Counted from the stretch's first letter, positions 1 through 7,925 are shown. The stretch is DNA of 41,566 nucleotides from a virus (IMGVR_UViG_3300024186_000007:1-41566), one strand, 5' to 3'. A program made the numbers and translations. The notes: a model not told the origin generated them from the letters alone.

Positions 1-170
1 GGCCCTTGCGGTCCATCTCGCCGTCGATGACGGTTTCCTCGCCCAGAAACGGCACGATCGGGATGTATTTCCCCGGCCATTCCTCGCGGTCGATGATCCG
101 GTCGCCGGCGAGCTTGAACCACTCGATCTCCGGCTCTGCGACCTCGCGTGTCTTGGCAATCAGCGGCTCG
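1..170. repeat. Terminal direct repeat, left copy (circular assembly overlap)
   Basis: 1-170 matches 41397-41566 except at positions 41 and 44. Confidence 0.95.
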
Positions 171-937
171 ATCTGGTCTCGGATGTCGTCCGGGATGTCG
201 TCATCCCGCACCACCGTGCCGTCCTGTAGCTGGTGGATCTTGCTGTTGGCGATGCCGCGCCGCCAATACTCCGCGACCCTGACGTGATCCTTGTCGTTCC
301 AGCCGTCGGTGTGGTCGAGCGTGGCAGGTGCCGCGTTGTCCTCGGTGCCGTATTCCTCTTCGTACCGGTCGCGCGGGATATCCTCGAACACGAACGCAAA
401 ATTGGCGTCTGACTTGTCATAGAGCTTGCAATCCGGGTCCATGTAGACCGAACGCGGGTCGGCAATGCGACGTATCCACAGATCTAGATCAAATGAGTCG
501 TTGTCCACGTAGTCGGTTTCGACGCGCACGTAGCCGATGCCGCTTTCGACCTGGTGGAAGATGGCCGTGGAATACGCATCCACCGCTTTGCTCTGATACT
601 CGATGCGCCGGATGATGCCCGAGAACACCTGCGCGGCCTCGTAGGACGCCTGCCCCCCTGTGGGCGTGACCTTGATCTGCGCCTTGTTCTGCCGGGCGTC
701 GTTGATCACTTGCAGGTTGTGTTGCCTCACCTGGTTGTAGGTCAGGCATGGGCGAGACCCGCGGTCGGCTTTGACCGAGGTGTCCCACTGCCACATGTTG
801 TGCGGGTCCGCGTTGGCGAACTTGGTGTCGAACAGCGCGCGGTCGCGCCACGCACTCTCCCAGCCGACACAGCGCTCGAATCTGTCTTTCGCCTCGCGCA
901 GAATGGCGGCATCACCGGCTCTTGGGCGACGAGCCAT
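1..937 (-). CDS. Portal protein, N-terminal part (continues across the circular junction into 41396-40096; ~745 aa in total)
   Basis: ATG at 937 reads MARRPRAGDAAILREAKDRFERC...RPCLTYNQVRQ...SGIGYVRVETDY...RVAEYW...WPGKYIPIVPFLGEE, typical of P22 gp1-type portals, and is in frame with 41451..40096. Absent from the ORF track because it runs off the contig end. Confidence 0.92.
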   Translation of the reverse strand, partial: MARRPRAGDAAILREAKDRFERCVGWESAWRDRALFDTKFANADPHNMWQWDTSVKADRGSRPCLTYNQVRQHNLQVINDARQNKAQIKVTPTGGQASYEAAQVFSGIIRRIEYQSKAVDAYSTAIFHQVESGIGYVRVETDYVDNDSFDLDLWIRRIADPRSVYMDPDCKLYDKSDANFAFVFEDIPRDRYEEEYGTEDNAAPATLDHTDGWNDKDHVRVAEYWRRGIANSKIHQLQDGTVVRDDDIPDDIRDQIEPLIAKTREVAEPEIEWFKLAGDRIIDREEWPGKYIPIVPFLGEETVIDGEMDRKG

Positions 938-944
938 CAGAGCA

Positions 945-1412
945 TCACGCAACCGCGATGGCGTTGCTCATCGGCGCGGCGGTCGAGCCTTGCGCGTTGG
1001 TCGCCGTCACCACGCACGCCAGGTTGTGCCCGCTGTCCTCCGGCGCCACGCTATACATCGCGCCCGTGCCGCCGTTGGCGACGCCGTCGTTGTGCCAGGC
1101 GTAGGCATACGCGGTTGGCTCGCCGGTCCAGTTGCCCATGGTGCAGCTCAGCGTGGCACCGGCCTGCGTGACCAGCGGCACGTCCACGTTGACCGGCGGT
1201 CCCTGTGCCCCAATCATCGCGCCGGTCAATGCAGCGATTTCGGCGGCGTGTGTGCGGTCGTTGTTGAGCCAGTCGGTGGCCAGCAGCAGCAGGAGCCTGA
1301 GTTGGTCGGCGGCGGCATCACGCGGTGCGGCGGTCCTGGCGGCTGGCGCGCGGTGGCTGGTCTCGCGATCATGGTCGGTGCGTGACTCGTTCTTGGTCGA
1401 TGAGTGGCTCAT
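945..1412 (-). CDS. Ig-like domain protein (possible virion accessory protein)
   Basis: GGAGG RBS before ATG 1412; C-terminal TLSCTMGNWTGEPTAYAYAW...YSVAPEDSGHNLACVVTATNAQG fits an Ig-fold pattern. Confidence 0.7.
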   Translation of the reverse strand: MSHSSTKNESRTDHDRETSHRAPAARTAAPRDAAADQLRLLLLLATDWLNNDRTHAAEIAALTGAMIGAQGPPVNVDVPLVTQAGATLSCTMGNWTGEPTAYAYAWHNDGVANGGTGAMYSVAPEDSGHNLACVVTATNAQGSTAAPMSNAIAVA

Positions 1413-1446
1413 GGTGTCGCCTCCGTTCGGGGTGCTACTCTGGTCT

Positions 1447-1609
1447 GGGTTGATTGGCGAAAGCTGCGCTAAAATTGGAAGCCGACTAGCCATCGGTAGT
1501 GAGGCAGGTCGCGCGAGCGGGTAAGGGCCAGTCCTGCTACGGGGTAAGCTATCACCCCACTGTTTCCTCGCAGGTGGCTGGGCGAGGATGCCTGACGCTC
1601 AGTCAACCC
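1447..1609. ncRNA. Candidate structured RNA in the terL-Ig gene intergenic region
   Basis: Closing stem GGGTTGATTG/CAGTCAACCC plus internal hairpins at 1541-1558, 1565-1588 and 1504-1537; no family recognised. Confidence 0.3.
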
Positions 1610-1612
1610 ACC

Positions 1613-2923
1613 TCACACGCTCATCCAGCCGGTGTTGTCGCGGCATTCGTAAATCGTCCGGTGCGTCGGGAACTGCTGCTCGATGATGCTGTCCAGCGGC
1701 TTCGCTTCGACATCGCGCACGCCGAGCGCCAGATACCGCGCAGCGTCCGCGCCATGCGATGCGTGGTCATGGACGGGACTGCTGCGCCACGTCTGCGCCG
1801 CCTCGTTCCACTCGCGTCTGTAGTGCCTCAATGCGTGGATCCCCTTGGCGCAGCGCTCGGCATCGAACCAGGCACGCGGCAGGATCATGCGCACGGCGTT
1901 GATGCCGTCCGCGACGCTGTGCTGGCGCACGGTGCGGGTCGGGCGCACACCGAGGCTATTGAGCGTCTCGGTGCGGCTGCGCCCGCTGCCCAGCTCGCGC
2001 ACCTCCGCGTCGTGTGGCAGGAGATGGCGCTCGTAGACATACGGTCGCTGCTGCAGGAGACGCACGTAATGGTCAAGTCCGACGCCGCTATCCTCGATGT
2101 AGTCAATCAGGTGCCATTCGCCGCCGCGCGTTATCTGGCAGCACCAGATTGCCGTGCTGTCATCAATGCCGAGATCCCACGCCGTCCATACCTTGAGTGC
2201 TGGGTCATGAGGGATGCGCGCGAGGCGGCCATCGCGCTCGCATTCGTCGAGGAGCTTGCCATAATAGCTCCCGGAGTTCGGCGCGTTGAACGAACACTCC
2301 AGCTCCTGCGCGAACTCTTCTTCGCTCATCTCATGGCGCAGTCGCTCAATCGCCGTGTCCGAAAGTGCGCCTGTCTTGTGATAGTCAAGAAGGTACGAAG
2401 AATACCCTGGCGTGACGCGCGCTCGGTCGTATGCCGCCTGAAGCAGCCCCCGACCCTTTGGCGTCCCGCTCCGAACCAGGACGCCATCCCGGTCGGCGAG
2501 CATTGGCTCTATTACGAGCGACACCATCGACTGCGGCGTATCGTCAAACTCGTCAATAATGCACTCGTCGGCATAACCGCCACGCCACGAGTCGGGATTG
2601 TCCGCACCCCCCGCCTGCCACGTTCCACCGTTCGGCAGCCGGATCGCCATCTCGCTACGCCGCACCTGGGCGTCCGGGATCGACTCGGCGGCCTTGACCG
2701 CCTGGTCCCATAGCCCTGTGCGGGTCCACATGACGCCGTAGGGCAGGATATGGACGACGCGCGGCTGCGGGCGCTTGGTGGTGACGGCACGCTTGAGGCC
2801 GCGCCAGAGCAGCGCGGTGGACTTGCCGGCGCGGCGATGCACCACGGCGACGATGCGCTGGGCTGGGTCGTCGATGAGCGGGATTTGCCACTCGCGCGGC
2901 GAAAACGGAACTTCGAGCTTCAT
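1613..2923 (-). CDS. terL: Terminase large subunit
   Basis: Walker A-like HRRAGKS, Walker B CIIDE, SGTPKG coupling motif, RNase H-like nuclease WDLGIDD and C-terminal HGADAARY. Confidence 0.95.
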   Translation of the reverse strand: MKLEVPFSPREWQIPLIDDPAQRIVAVVHRRAGKSTALLWRGLKRAVTTKRPQPRVVHILPYGVMWTRTGLWDQAVKAAESIPDAQVRRSEMAIRLPNGGTWQAGGADNPDSWRGGYADECIIDEFDDTPQSMVSLVIEPMLADRDGVLVRSGTPKGRGLLQAAYDRARVTPGYSSYLLDYHKTGALSDTAIERLRHEMSEEEFAQELECSFNAPNSGSYYGKLLDECERDGRLARIPHDPALKVWTAWDLGIDDSTAIWCCQITRGGEWHLIDYIEDSGVGLDHYVRLLQQRPYVYERHLLPHDAEVRELGSGRSRTETLNSLGVRPTRTVRQHSVADGINAVRMILPRAWFDAERCAKGIHALRHYRREWNEAAQTWRSSPVHDHASHGADAARYLALGVRDVEAKPLDSIIEQQFPTHRTIYECRDNTGWMSV

Positions 2924-3224
2924 GGGATGTCAGTGGCTTAGGGATTGTGGCGGCCGATTAAGGCACTCTGTGCTCTGGCGTGGTAAGCAACTGGGTGCGG
3001 ACGGCTGCACCCGGTTTTAGCCGGCTAGCCAGCCAGATTTGGCTGATTTAATGGCTGAAACCGTGGATTTTCGCTTTTGGCGGGCGCTTCAAACGGTCGT
3101 TTGATCGCCACTTCCTTAGTCTGAAAACGCCTCACCGCAACAGGATAACCGCGATGATAACCCATAGCGGCACCGCAAGCAGCAGCGCCATCAGGATCCC
3201 CCGGAACGTGGTCAGGCCGTCTCG

Positions 3225-3944
3225 TCACCCTCTCCGGCGCAACTGCGTCACACCCAACCCCAGCAGCCCTAGCCCCAGCAGCGCCAGCGAAGCCGGCTCC
3301 GGCACCGTCACGCTGAGCAGCTCCGTCTGCCCGCGGTTGAGCAGCACGGCTCCCGCCGACAGCGTGCCCGTCGAGAACAGCGTCATCGAGAACGGCGCCG
3401 TGGCGGCAAATGCGCCGCTGCCGTTGTGCGAGTAGCTATCGGCAGCGAGGGCGACGTTCTGGCTGAACGTGTCCACCAGCACGCCTGGGTGGTCGGTGGG
3501 CGTGTCAGCGCCCTGCTGGTTCGCGGTGTCATTGTAGAAGGCAGCAGTGATGCTGGAGCCAACTGCATTCTGCCAGGTGCCGGCCAGTGACGACGAGAAG
3601 CTGGCGACAGGCACACTGAAGCCGGTATCGCTGATCGCGATGTTGTAGGCGACCGCTGCCCCGTTGGTGTTGGTCACGCTCAGCGATGACGTGTTGAGGA
3701 TATCAAGCAGCGCCGATCCGGATGACGCGCCAGAGCTCGTCTGCACTGAGCCATTCACCGCCACGCCGCCGATCACGACGTTGGCGAGCTGCAGCGTGCC
3801 GGTGGCCGGGTTGCTGTCGCAGGTGACGTTGTTATCGACACAGGCGAACGTGCCACCGCCGAACTGTGCGGCGATCTGCAGCGTCGCATAGGCGGGCGTG
3901 GCAAGCGCGGCCAGCGCCGCTGCCAGGGGCAGAAGATGTCGCAC
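3225..3944 (-). CDS. PEP-CTERM sorting-domain surface protein
   Basis: Signal peptide ending ...ATPAYA; Ser/Thr/Ala/Gly-rich body; C-terminal VPEPASLALLGLGLLGLG TM helix and RRRG basic tail; GGAGG RBS. Confidence 0.9.
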   Translation of the reverse strand: MRHLLPLAAALAALATPAYATLQIAAQFGGGTFACVDNNVTCDSNPATGTLQLANVVIGGVAVNGSVQTSSGASSGSALLDILNTSSLSVTNTNGAAVAYNIAISDTGFSVPVASFSSSLAGTWQNAVGSSITAAFYNDTANQQGADTPTDHPGVLVDTFSQNVALAADSYSHNGSGAFAATAPFSMTLFSTGTLSAGAVLLNRGQTELLSVTVPEPASLALLGLGLLGLGVTQLRRRG

Positions 3945-3972
3945 CGTGAAGCCTCCGTTTGTTGGTTGTTTG

Positions 3973-4212
3973 TTAGCTCGCCGCCTGCGTGGCTGCGGTG
4001 TAGCGGTCCTGCGCGGCGGCTGCGTCGTCGCCCTCGAGCAGCGTCAGGTGCGCCCACTGGCCTGCCGCGAGGGCACGCAGGATGCGGCCAGCGTCGCAGA
4101 ACACCAGCGCACCACCAGAGCCAATCGCGACGCCCTCGGCCTCGACGATCTCCAGCGGGGGCGCAGCGCTTGGGTGTATTGGCAGCAGCTCGACACGCCA
4201 GCGCGGCATCAC
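3973..4212 (-). CDS. Hypothetical protein
   Basis: 79 aa, overlap-coupled to upstream gene, normal composition. Confidence 0.6.
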   Translation of the reverse strand: MMPRWRVELLPIHPSAAPPLEIVEAEGVAIGSGGALVFCDAGRILRALAAGQWAHLTLLEGDDAAAAQDRYTAATQAAS

Positions 4213-4391
4213 AGGCGCTCGCTGATGAAGCGGTGCAGCATGTCAGCGAACTCGCGCAGGCTGAACTCGCCACCCTCGCCGTCACGATCCAGCGCAATCC
4301 TCTCTGGATCGTCGCAGAGCGTGATGCGGATGTTCTCGATGCGCAGAGCAAACCCCGCCACTCGCAACTGGCCATCACGCTGCGGCATCAC
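4209..4391 (-). CDS. Hypothetical protein
   Basis: 60 aa, 4-bp overlaps with both neighbours. Confidence 0.6.
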   Translation of the reverse strand: MMPQRDGQLRVAGFALRIENIRITLCDDPERIALDRDGEGGEFSLREFADMLHRFISERL

Positions 4392-4579
4392 GGCAACCGA
4401 ACGGGCTGCAACGGTATCCCACCCAGCAGCATGCTGATGATCAGCAGCACGAATATGAGCGCGACGACAGCGAGTGCGATCTGGCCGAACGGGGCCGGCA
4501 ATGGCAACAACTGAACGACGTAGATGACGACGCCGAACACCAACACAAGAACCAAGAGCCAGATCAGCAGGGTGATCAT
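4388..4579 (-). CDS. Small two-TM membrane protein (Thivi_2564-like; holin candidate)
   Basis: Two hydrophobic helices separated by LPLPAPF; GGAG RBS. Confidence 0.7.
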   Translation of the reverse strand: MITLLIWLLVLVLVFGVVIYVVQLLPLPAPFGQIALAVVALIFVLLIISMLLGGIPLQPVRLP

Positions 4580-4670
4580 CAGCGGTCTCCGTCAGTGTTG
4601 AGCGGCGGGCGGCGTCTTGCGGCCACCGCCTGCACGCCCATCAGGCGCCACCTGGGGAGGCATTACGCGC

Positions 4671-4883
4671 CTAACCGTCAGTCCTGGCGCTGAGTTCGCG
4701 CTTGACGCGACGCAATGCAACGACCAGCGGATCGTCCAGATCCAGCGTGAGGCCCAGGCGCCACCGCTTGCCGTTGACGGCGCGCGGTGTCGTGTGCATT
4801 TCGCGCGCTATCTCGTCGTCGGTGCAGCCGGCCGAGTGCATGCGGCGCAGGCGCTCGATCATCGGCTCGGTCCAGACTGTCAT
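4671..4883 (-). CDS. GcrA N-terminal HTH-like small protein
   Basis: WTEPMIERLRRMHSAGCTDDEIAREMHTTPRAVNGKRWRLGL matches the GcrA N-domain pattern WT...L..G.....IA......AV.GK..RL.L. Confidence 0.7.
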   Translation of the reverse strand: MTVWTEPMIERLRRMHSAGCTDDEIAREMHTTPRAVNGKRWRLGLTLDLDDPLVVALRRVKRELSARTDG

Positions 4884-5037
4884 GTCGCTTCAGCAGTCAT
4901 CGCATCGAGCGCCGAGGATGAGGGCGCAATAGCCGGCGACAGCCACGGCGCCGTATATACCAAGCAGCGCAATCAGCACCCGTCCGGGTATGGACGCACG
5001 TAGCTACGGTATGGACGAGTGTAGCTACGGTGCGTCA

Positions 5038-5283
5038 TCAGTGCAGCAGCCGCATACGCTCATGCACCCAACGATATGGATCGTCCTGCATATACAGAGC
5101 ATCCAGCAACGTGCGATCCTGGCGGACTTGCTCGCTGAACTCAACGATCAATTCGTTGACGGCCTTGATGCCGATCTCACGTTCCAGACGTCGCTGGCTT
5201 TTCCAGAGCAATGCATTGAAGCGCAAATAATCGTCAACGCTGGCCATCATTTCCTTGAACGGCCGCTTAGTCTTTCGCGTCAT
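5038..5283 (-). CDS. Hypothetical protein
   Basis: Likely start MTRKTKRPF at 5283, overlapping the end of terS. Confidence 0.55.
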   Translation of the reverse strand: MTRKTKRPFKEMMASVDDYLRFNALLWKSQRRLEREIGIKAVNELIVEFSEQVRQDRTLLDALYMQDDPYRWVHERMRLLH

Positions 5284-5704
5284 CGCTCTTGCCCCACACG
5301 AACTCGGTGTCGGTGTTCGGCTCTGGCGTTGCGTCGATGACTGGCGGCGCTGGTGTAGTTTCATGTGCAACGGCTTGTGTCGCTGCTGCTGGTGCCCAGG
5401 TAAATTCGATGGCGACGGGACGTTCTGGATCGCCGGTGATGAGCTGTGTTGCTTTACCGAAGCCGCGGTCGAGCAGCTCCTTGATGGCGGCGATGCGAGC
5501 GGTGTCGGGTTCAGCGACCTTACCCGGTGTTAGGCCCGCGAGTTCAGCAAGCATTTCGACGCCGGCGGGCCCGTATTGCCTGGCGAGCTTGGTGATATCG
5601 AGCGCTGCCTTGGGCCTTCCGTTGGGATTTCCCGACGATCCTTTGGCGAATGGGCGGCCGATAACGCGGGGTGCTGATCTGGCGCTGTTAGCAACGTCAC
5701 TCAC
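5267..5704 (-). CDS. Probable terminase small subunit (DUF5681-type)
   Basis: RPFAKGSSGNPNGRPK motif and AIKELLDRGFGKA helix; first gene after the antiterminator, upstream of terL. Confidence 0.75.
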   Translation of the reverse strand: MSDVANSARSAPRVIGRPFAKGSSGNPNGRPKAALDITKLARQYGPAGVEMLAELAGLTPGKVAEPDTARIAAIKELLDRGFGKATQLITGDPERPVAIEFTWAPAAATQAVAHETTPAPPVIDATPEPNTDTEFVWGKSDDAKD

Positions 5705-5707
5705 GGT

Positions 5708-6307
5708 TCACTCCCGCACGACCAGGCAATCGAGCGAGACCTGCACTTCGCGGAGGTGTCCGAGCATGAGCAGGGCGACGAGGGCGCGATCTGCGTGGAC
5801 TGCGGTCACCACGGCGTCATGGCCATCGAAAGCACCCCCGCCAGCGAGCCTGCAGGCGGCTCCAGGGCGCCAGAGCGGTGTCGGAGGGGTGAGGGTGCGG
5901 CGAACATGGTCAAGGGCCTGTAGCGTGCTTATAGCGGCGTCTGAGGCATAGGCGGGATCTGTGCCTGATCGGACGAGATCGACGACGCCTGGTGTGGCGC
6001 GGATTGGCGACCAGGATGTGGCGGTGTGGTTGAAGCGGAGGAACAGGTATCTGGCGAAGAGCGGCCGCTCGACGGTGTGCCAGAGGGATCGGATGGCGTT
6101 ATCGCGGACTCTGGTGAGGTAGAGCGGGAGGTATGTTGCGTAGCCGGAGCGTTGGAGGTTGGTGTTGGCCCATCGCTCGGCTTGGGGGTGGGTGTAGATG
6201 CAGGCCCACCGAATGCTGTGGCACGGCATGCGGGACGTGGCGAGGCTGTCCGCGCTGTCGTGTTGCGCCGCATCTAACCGGGTAGCTGGTGTGGCGTCAA
6301 GCGGCAT
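5708..6307 (-). CDS. NusG/RfaH-family transcription antiterminator
   Basis: NGN domain (WACIYTHPQAE...YLP...RPLFARYLF...IRATPGV) and KOW domain (GGAFDGHDAVV...VALLMLG); likely start MPLDATP at 6307. Confidence 0.88.
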   Translation of the reverse strand: MPLDATPATRLDAAQHDSADSLATSRMPCHSIRWACIYTHPQAERWANTNLQRSGYATYLPLYLTRVRDNAIRSLWHTVERPLFARYLFLRFNHTATSWSPIRATPGVVDLVRSGTDPAYASDAAISTLQALDHVRRTLTPPTPLWRPGAACRLAGGGAFDGHDAVVTAVHADRALVALLMLGHLREVQVSLDCLVVRE

Positions 6308-6812
6308 GGGTGTGGTCCTTCTGCGTCGGCGGATCAGCGATGCCGCGTTTGATGCCGGCTCTTCGGTAGGCTTCGGCGAGTTCTGCGGGCGAGAGGTGGC
6401 CGGTCTTTCGCGGCTGGCTTGGGATGGCCTTGGCGAGTTGGGCGTTGCGCTCCTCCTCGCGGTCTTTGAGATGGGCGACGGTTTCTGCAACGAGAGAGCG
6501 GGCGTGAGCGGCTTCGGCATCGGTGCGAAGTGGCGGCAGCTCCGGCACTGCGTCTGCGATGGCGAGTGGCTGTGGCCGGTTGCGCTTCCACCACGCGCCG
6601 AGATGCTGGCGGACGCCGGCGTAGGTTGGCACGCCGTGGCATTCGGTTGCCACGTAGTCGAGGCTGTCGTGGGTGAATGCGGCGTCTGGGTAGTCGGTGA
6701 GCATTGGCAGGAATGCATTGAACGCGCTGGCGGCCTGGGTGCTTTCCATGGGGCTGGTGAGTTTGGCGAGCATGGCGATCCACTGGGCGCGATGGGCTCT
6801 GACGTGGCTCAT
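6297..6812 (-). CDS. Hypothetical protein following the replication initiator (helicase-loader position)
   Basis: ATGA-coupled start at 6812 (MSHVRAHRAQW); function inferred from position only. Confidence 0.6.
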   Translation of the reverse strand: MSHVRAHRAQWIAMLAKLTSPMESTQAASAFNAFLPMLTDYPDAAFTHDSLDYVATECHGVPTYAGVRQHLGAWWKRNRPQPLAIADAVPELPPLRTDAEAAHARSLVAETVAHLKDREEERNAQLAKAIPSQPRKTGHLSPAELAEAYRRAGIKRGIADPPTQKDHTHAA

Positions 6813-7765
6813 TGCAGCAGCCTCCTGCTGGGCATGGGCCAGTCGGCGAGGTCTTCCGGCGTGAGGCCGACGGCGCGCAGCACGGGGTCGAAGCTGTCCT
6901 GGACGTCGAGCCACTGGTCGCGGTTGAGCCAGGTCGAGGGGTGGGGGATGAAGCGTTCCTCGGCGCAGAACCGGTGGTTGGCGAGACCGGCCATGATCGG
7001 GGCGGGGCTGCCGGCCCGGACGGTTGCGCCGTGCCACGCCTTGAGCGCTGCCCGCTTGCCGGCCTGTCTGGGGTAGGCGAGCCAGAACGCTTCGAAGTCG
7101 GAGGGGTAGGCGATCCGATCCCGTGGACTGGTTCCCATGGCCCGAGGGTTTGTTTCCTTGGCTCGCTGGTTCGTGCCCTCTGCCCTCGGGTTGGTTCCGT
7201 CCTCTCGGGGAGGGACGCGCGCGGCCCCTCTCGGCACGAGAGGGGTTTGGGGTGAGTCTTCCTTCCTTGGTTCTCTTTCTTGGTTCCTCTTCTCTTGGTT
7301 AATATTGATATAAGGCGAGGTGCCACCGTGGCACCATTCGTTTGCAGATTTGGCACCATTCGTTTGCTCGTTTGGCACCATTCGCGCCTGGATAGGTGCC
7401 TTGGTGGCACCATTAAGAGGTGCCTGTGTGGCACCTTTTAGGGGGTTGTCTGGTGCCAGTGCGGCACCATTCCCAGACCTATCCGGTGCCACCGTGGCAC
7501 CATTTGTCGGACGCTGGATGTGGTAGGTCAGGCTCCTGCCACGAGGCTCTGTCCGGACCAGTCCAGCCGCCTCCAGACGTTGGGTGGAGCGGATCAGCGT
7601 CCGCTTGGGTAGCCCTGTGTCCGCCATCAGGGTGGACTGCAGCGGGAAGCATTCCAGGTGCTTGTCAGCCATATTGGCGAGCACCATCAGCAGACACCTG
7701 TCGTCAGGGCATAGCCGGTGGACCCGGCCCATCTCAATGGCCCACGCAAATGCCGGGACGCTCAT
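6809..7765 (-). CDS. Phage replication initiator protein
   Basis: N-terminal winged HTH (LLMVLANMAD...CFPLQSTL..TGL), repeat-rich middle and C-terminal FEAFWLAYPR..GK..A..AW...FIPHPSTWLN. Confidence 0.85.
   Translation of the reverse strand: MSVPAFAWAIEMGRVHRLCPDDRCLLMVLANMADKHLECFPLQSTLMADTGLPKRTLIRSTQRLEAAGLVRTEPRGRSLTYHIQRPTNGATVAPDRSGNGAALAPDNPLKGATQAPLNGATKAPIQARMVPNEQTNGAKSANEWCHGGTSPYININQEKRNQEREPRKEDSPQTPLVPRGAARVPPREDGTNPRAEGTNQRAKETNPRAMGTSPRDRIAYPSDFEAFWLAYPRQAGKRAALKAWHGATVRAGSPAPIMAGLANHRFCAEERFIPHPSTWLNRDQWLDVQDSFDPVLRAVGLTPEDLADWPMPSRRLLQ
7296..7505. repeat. Iteron array, probable replication origin inside the initiator gene
   Basis: GGTGCC-N5-GGCACC at 7319, 7395, 7419, 7452 and 7485, two TGGCACCATTCG half-sites at ~7351 and ~7373, and an adjacent AT-rich TTGGTTAATATTGATATAA. 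Confidence 0.8.
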
Positions 7766-7925
7766 GACACACCTCTTGCGTTGCGGCCCGAGGTGCGATT
7801 TACTGGCTGTAGCGAATGAGCCAGATCGCTCCGCACCTCGGAGCCGATGCTAAAGTTACAGATGCCGTCCAGTTCCCGCTGGGCGGCATTTCTGTTATGC
7901 GCCGTCATGATTGAGTCGGCAACGG

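Noticed and set aside
1-170. End repeat as a biological fixed terminal repeat
   Set aside because: It falls mid-portal and restores the ORF on circularisation; better explained as assembly overlap.
1470-1575. Resemblance to RNase P RNA or a hammerhead (GAGGAAAC, AGTCGGCTT, CTGAGCG on the minus strand)
   Set aside because: The conserved cores (GAGGAAAGUCC; CUGANGA...GAAA) are not matched and the element is too short for RNase P.
1499-2713. 404-aa plus-strand ORF and similar long antisense ORFs (e.g. 20793-21995, 26121-27056, 14161-15180)
   Set aside because: Antisense shadows of clearly identified genes, expected in high-GC DNA; no motifs.
6334-7434. 366-aa alternative-frame ORF over the replication genes, and the long N-terminal extensions of 5708..6718 and 6297..7037
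   Set aside because: Arg/Pro/Ser-rich off-frame translations; coupled starts at 6812 and 6307 fit better.
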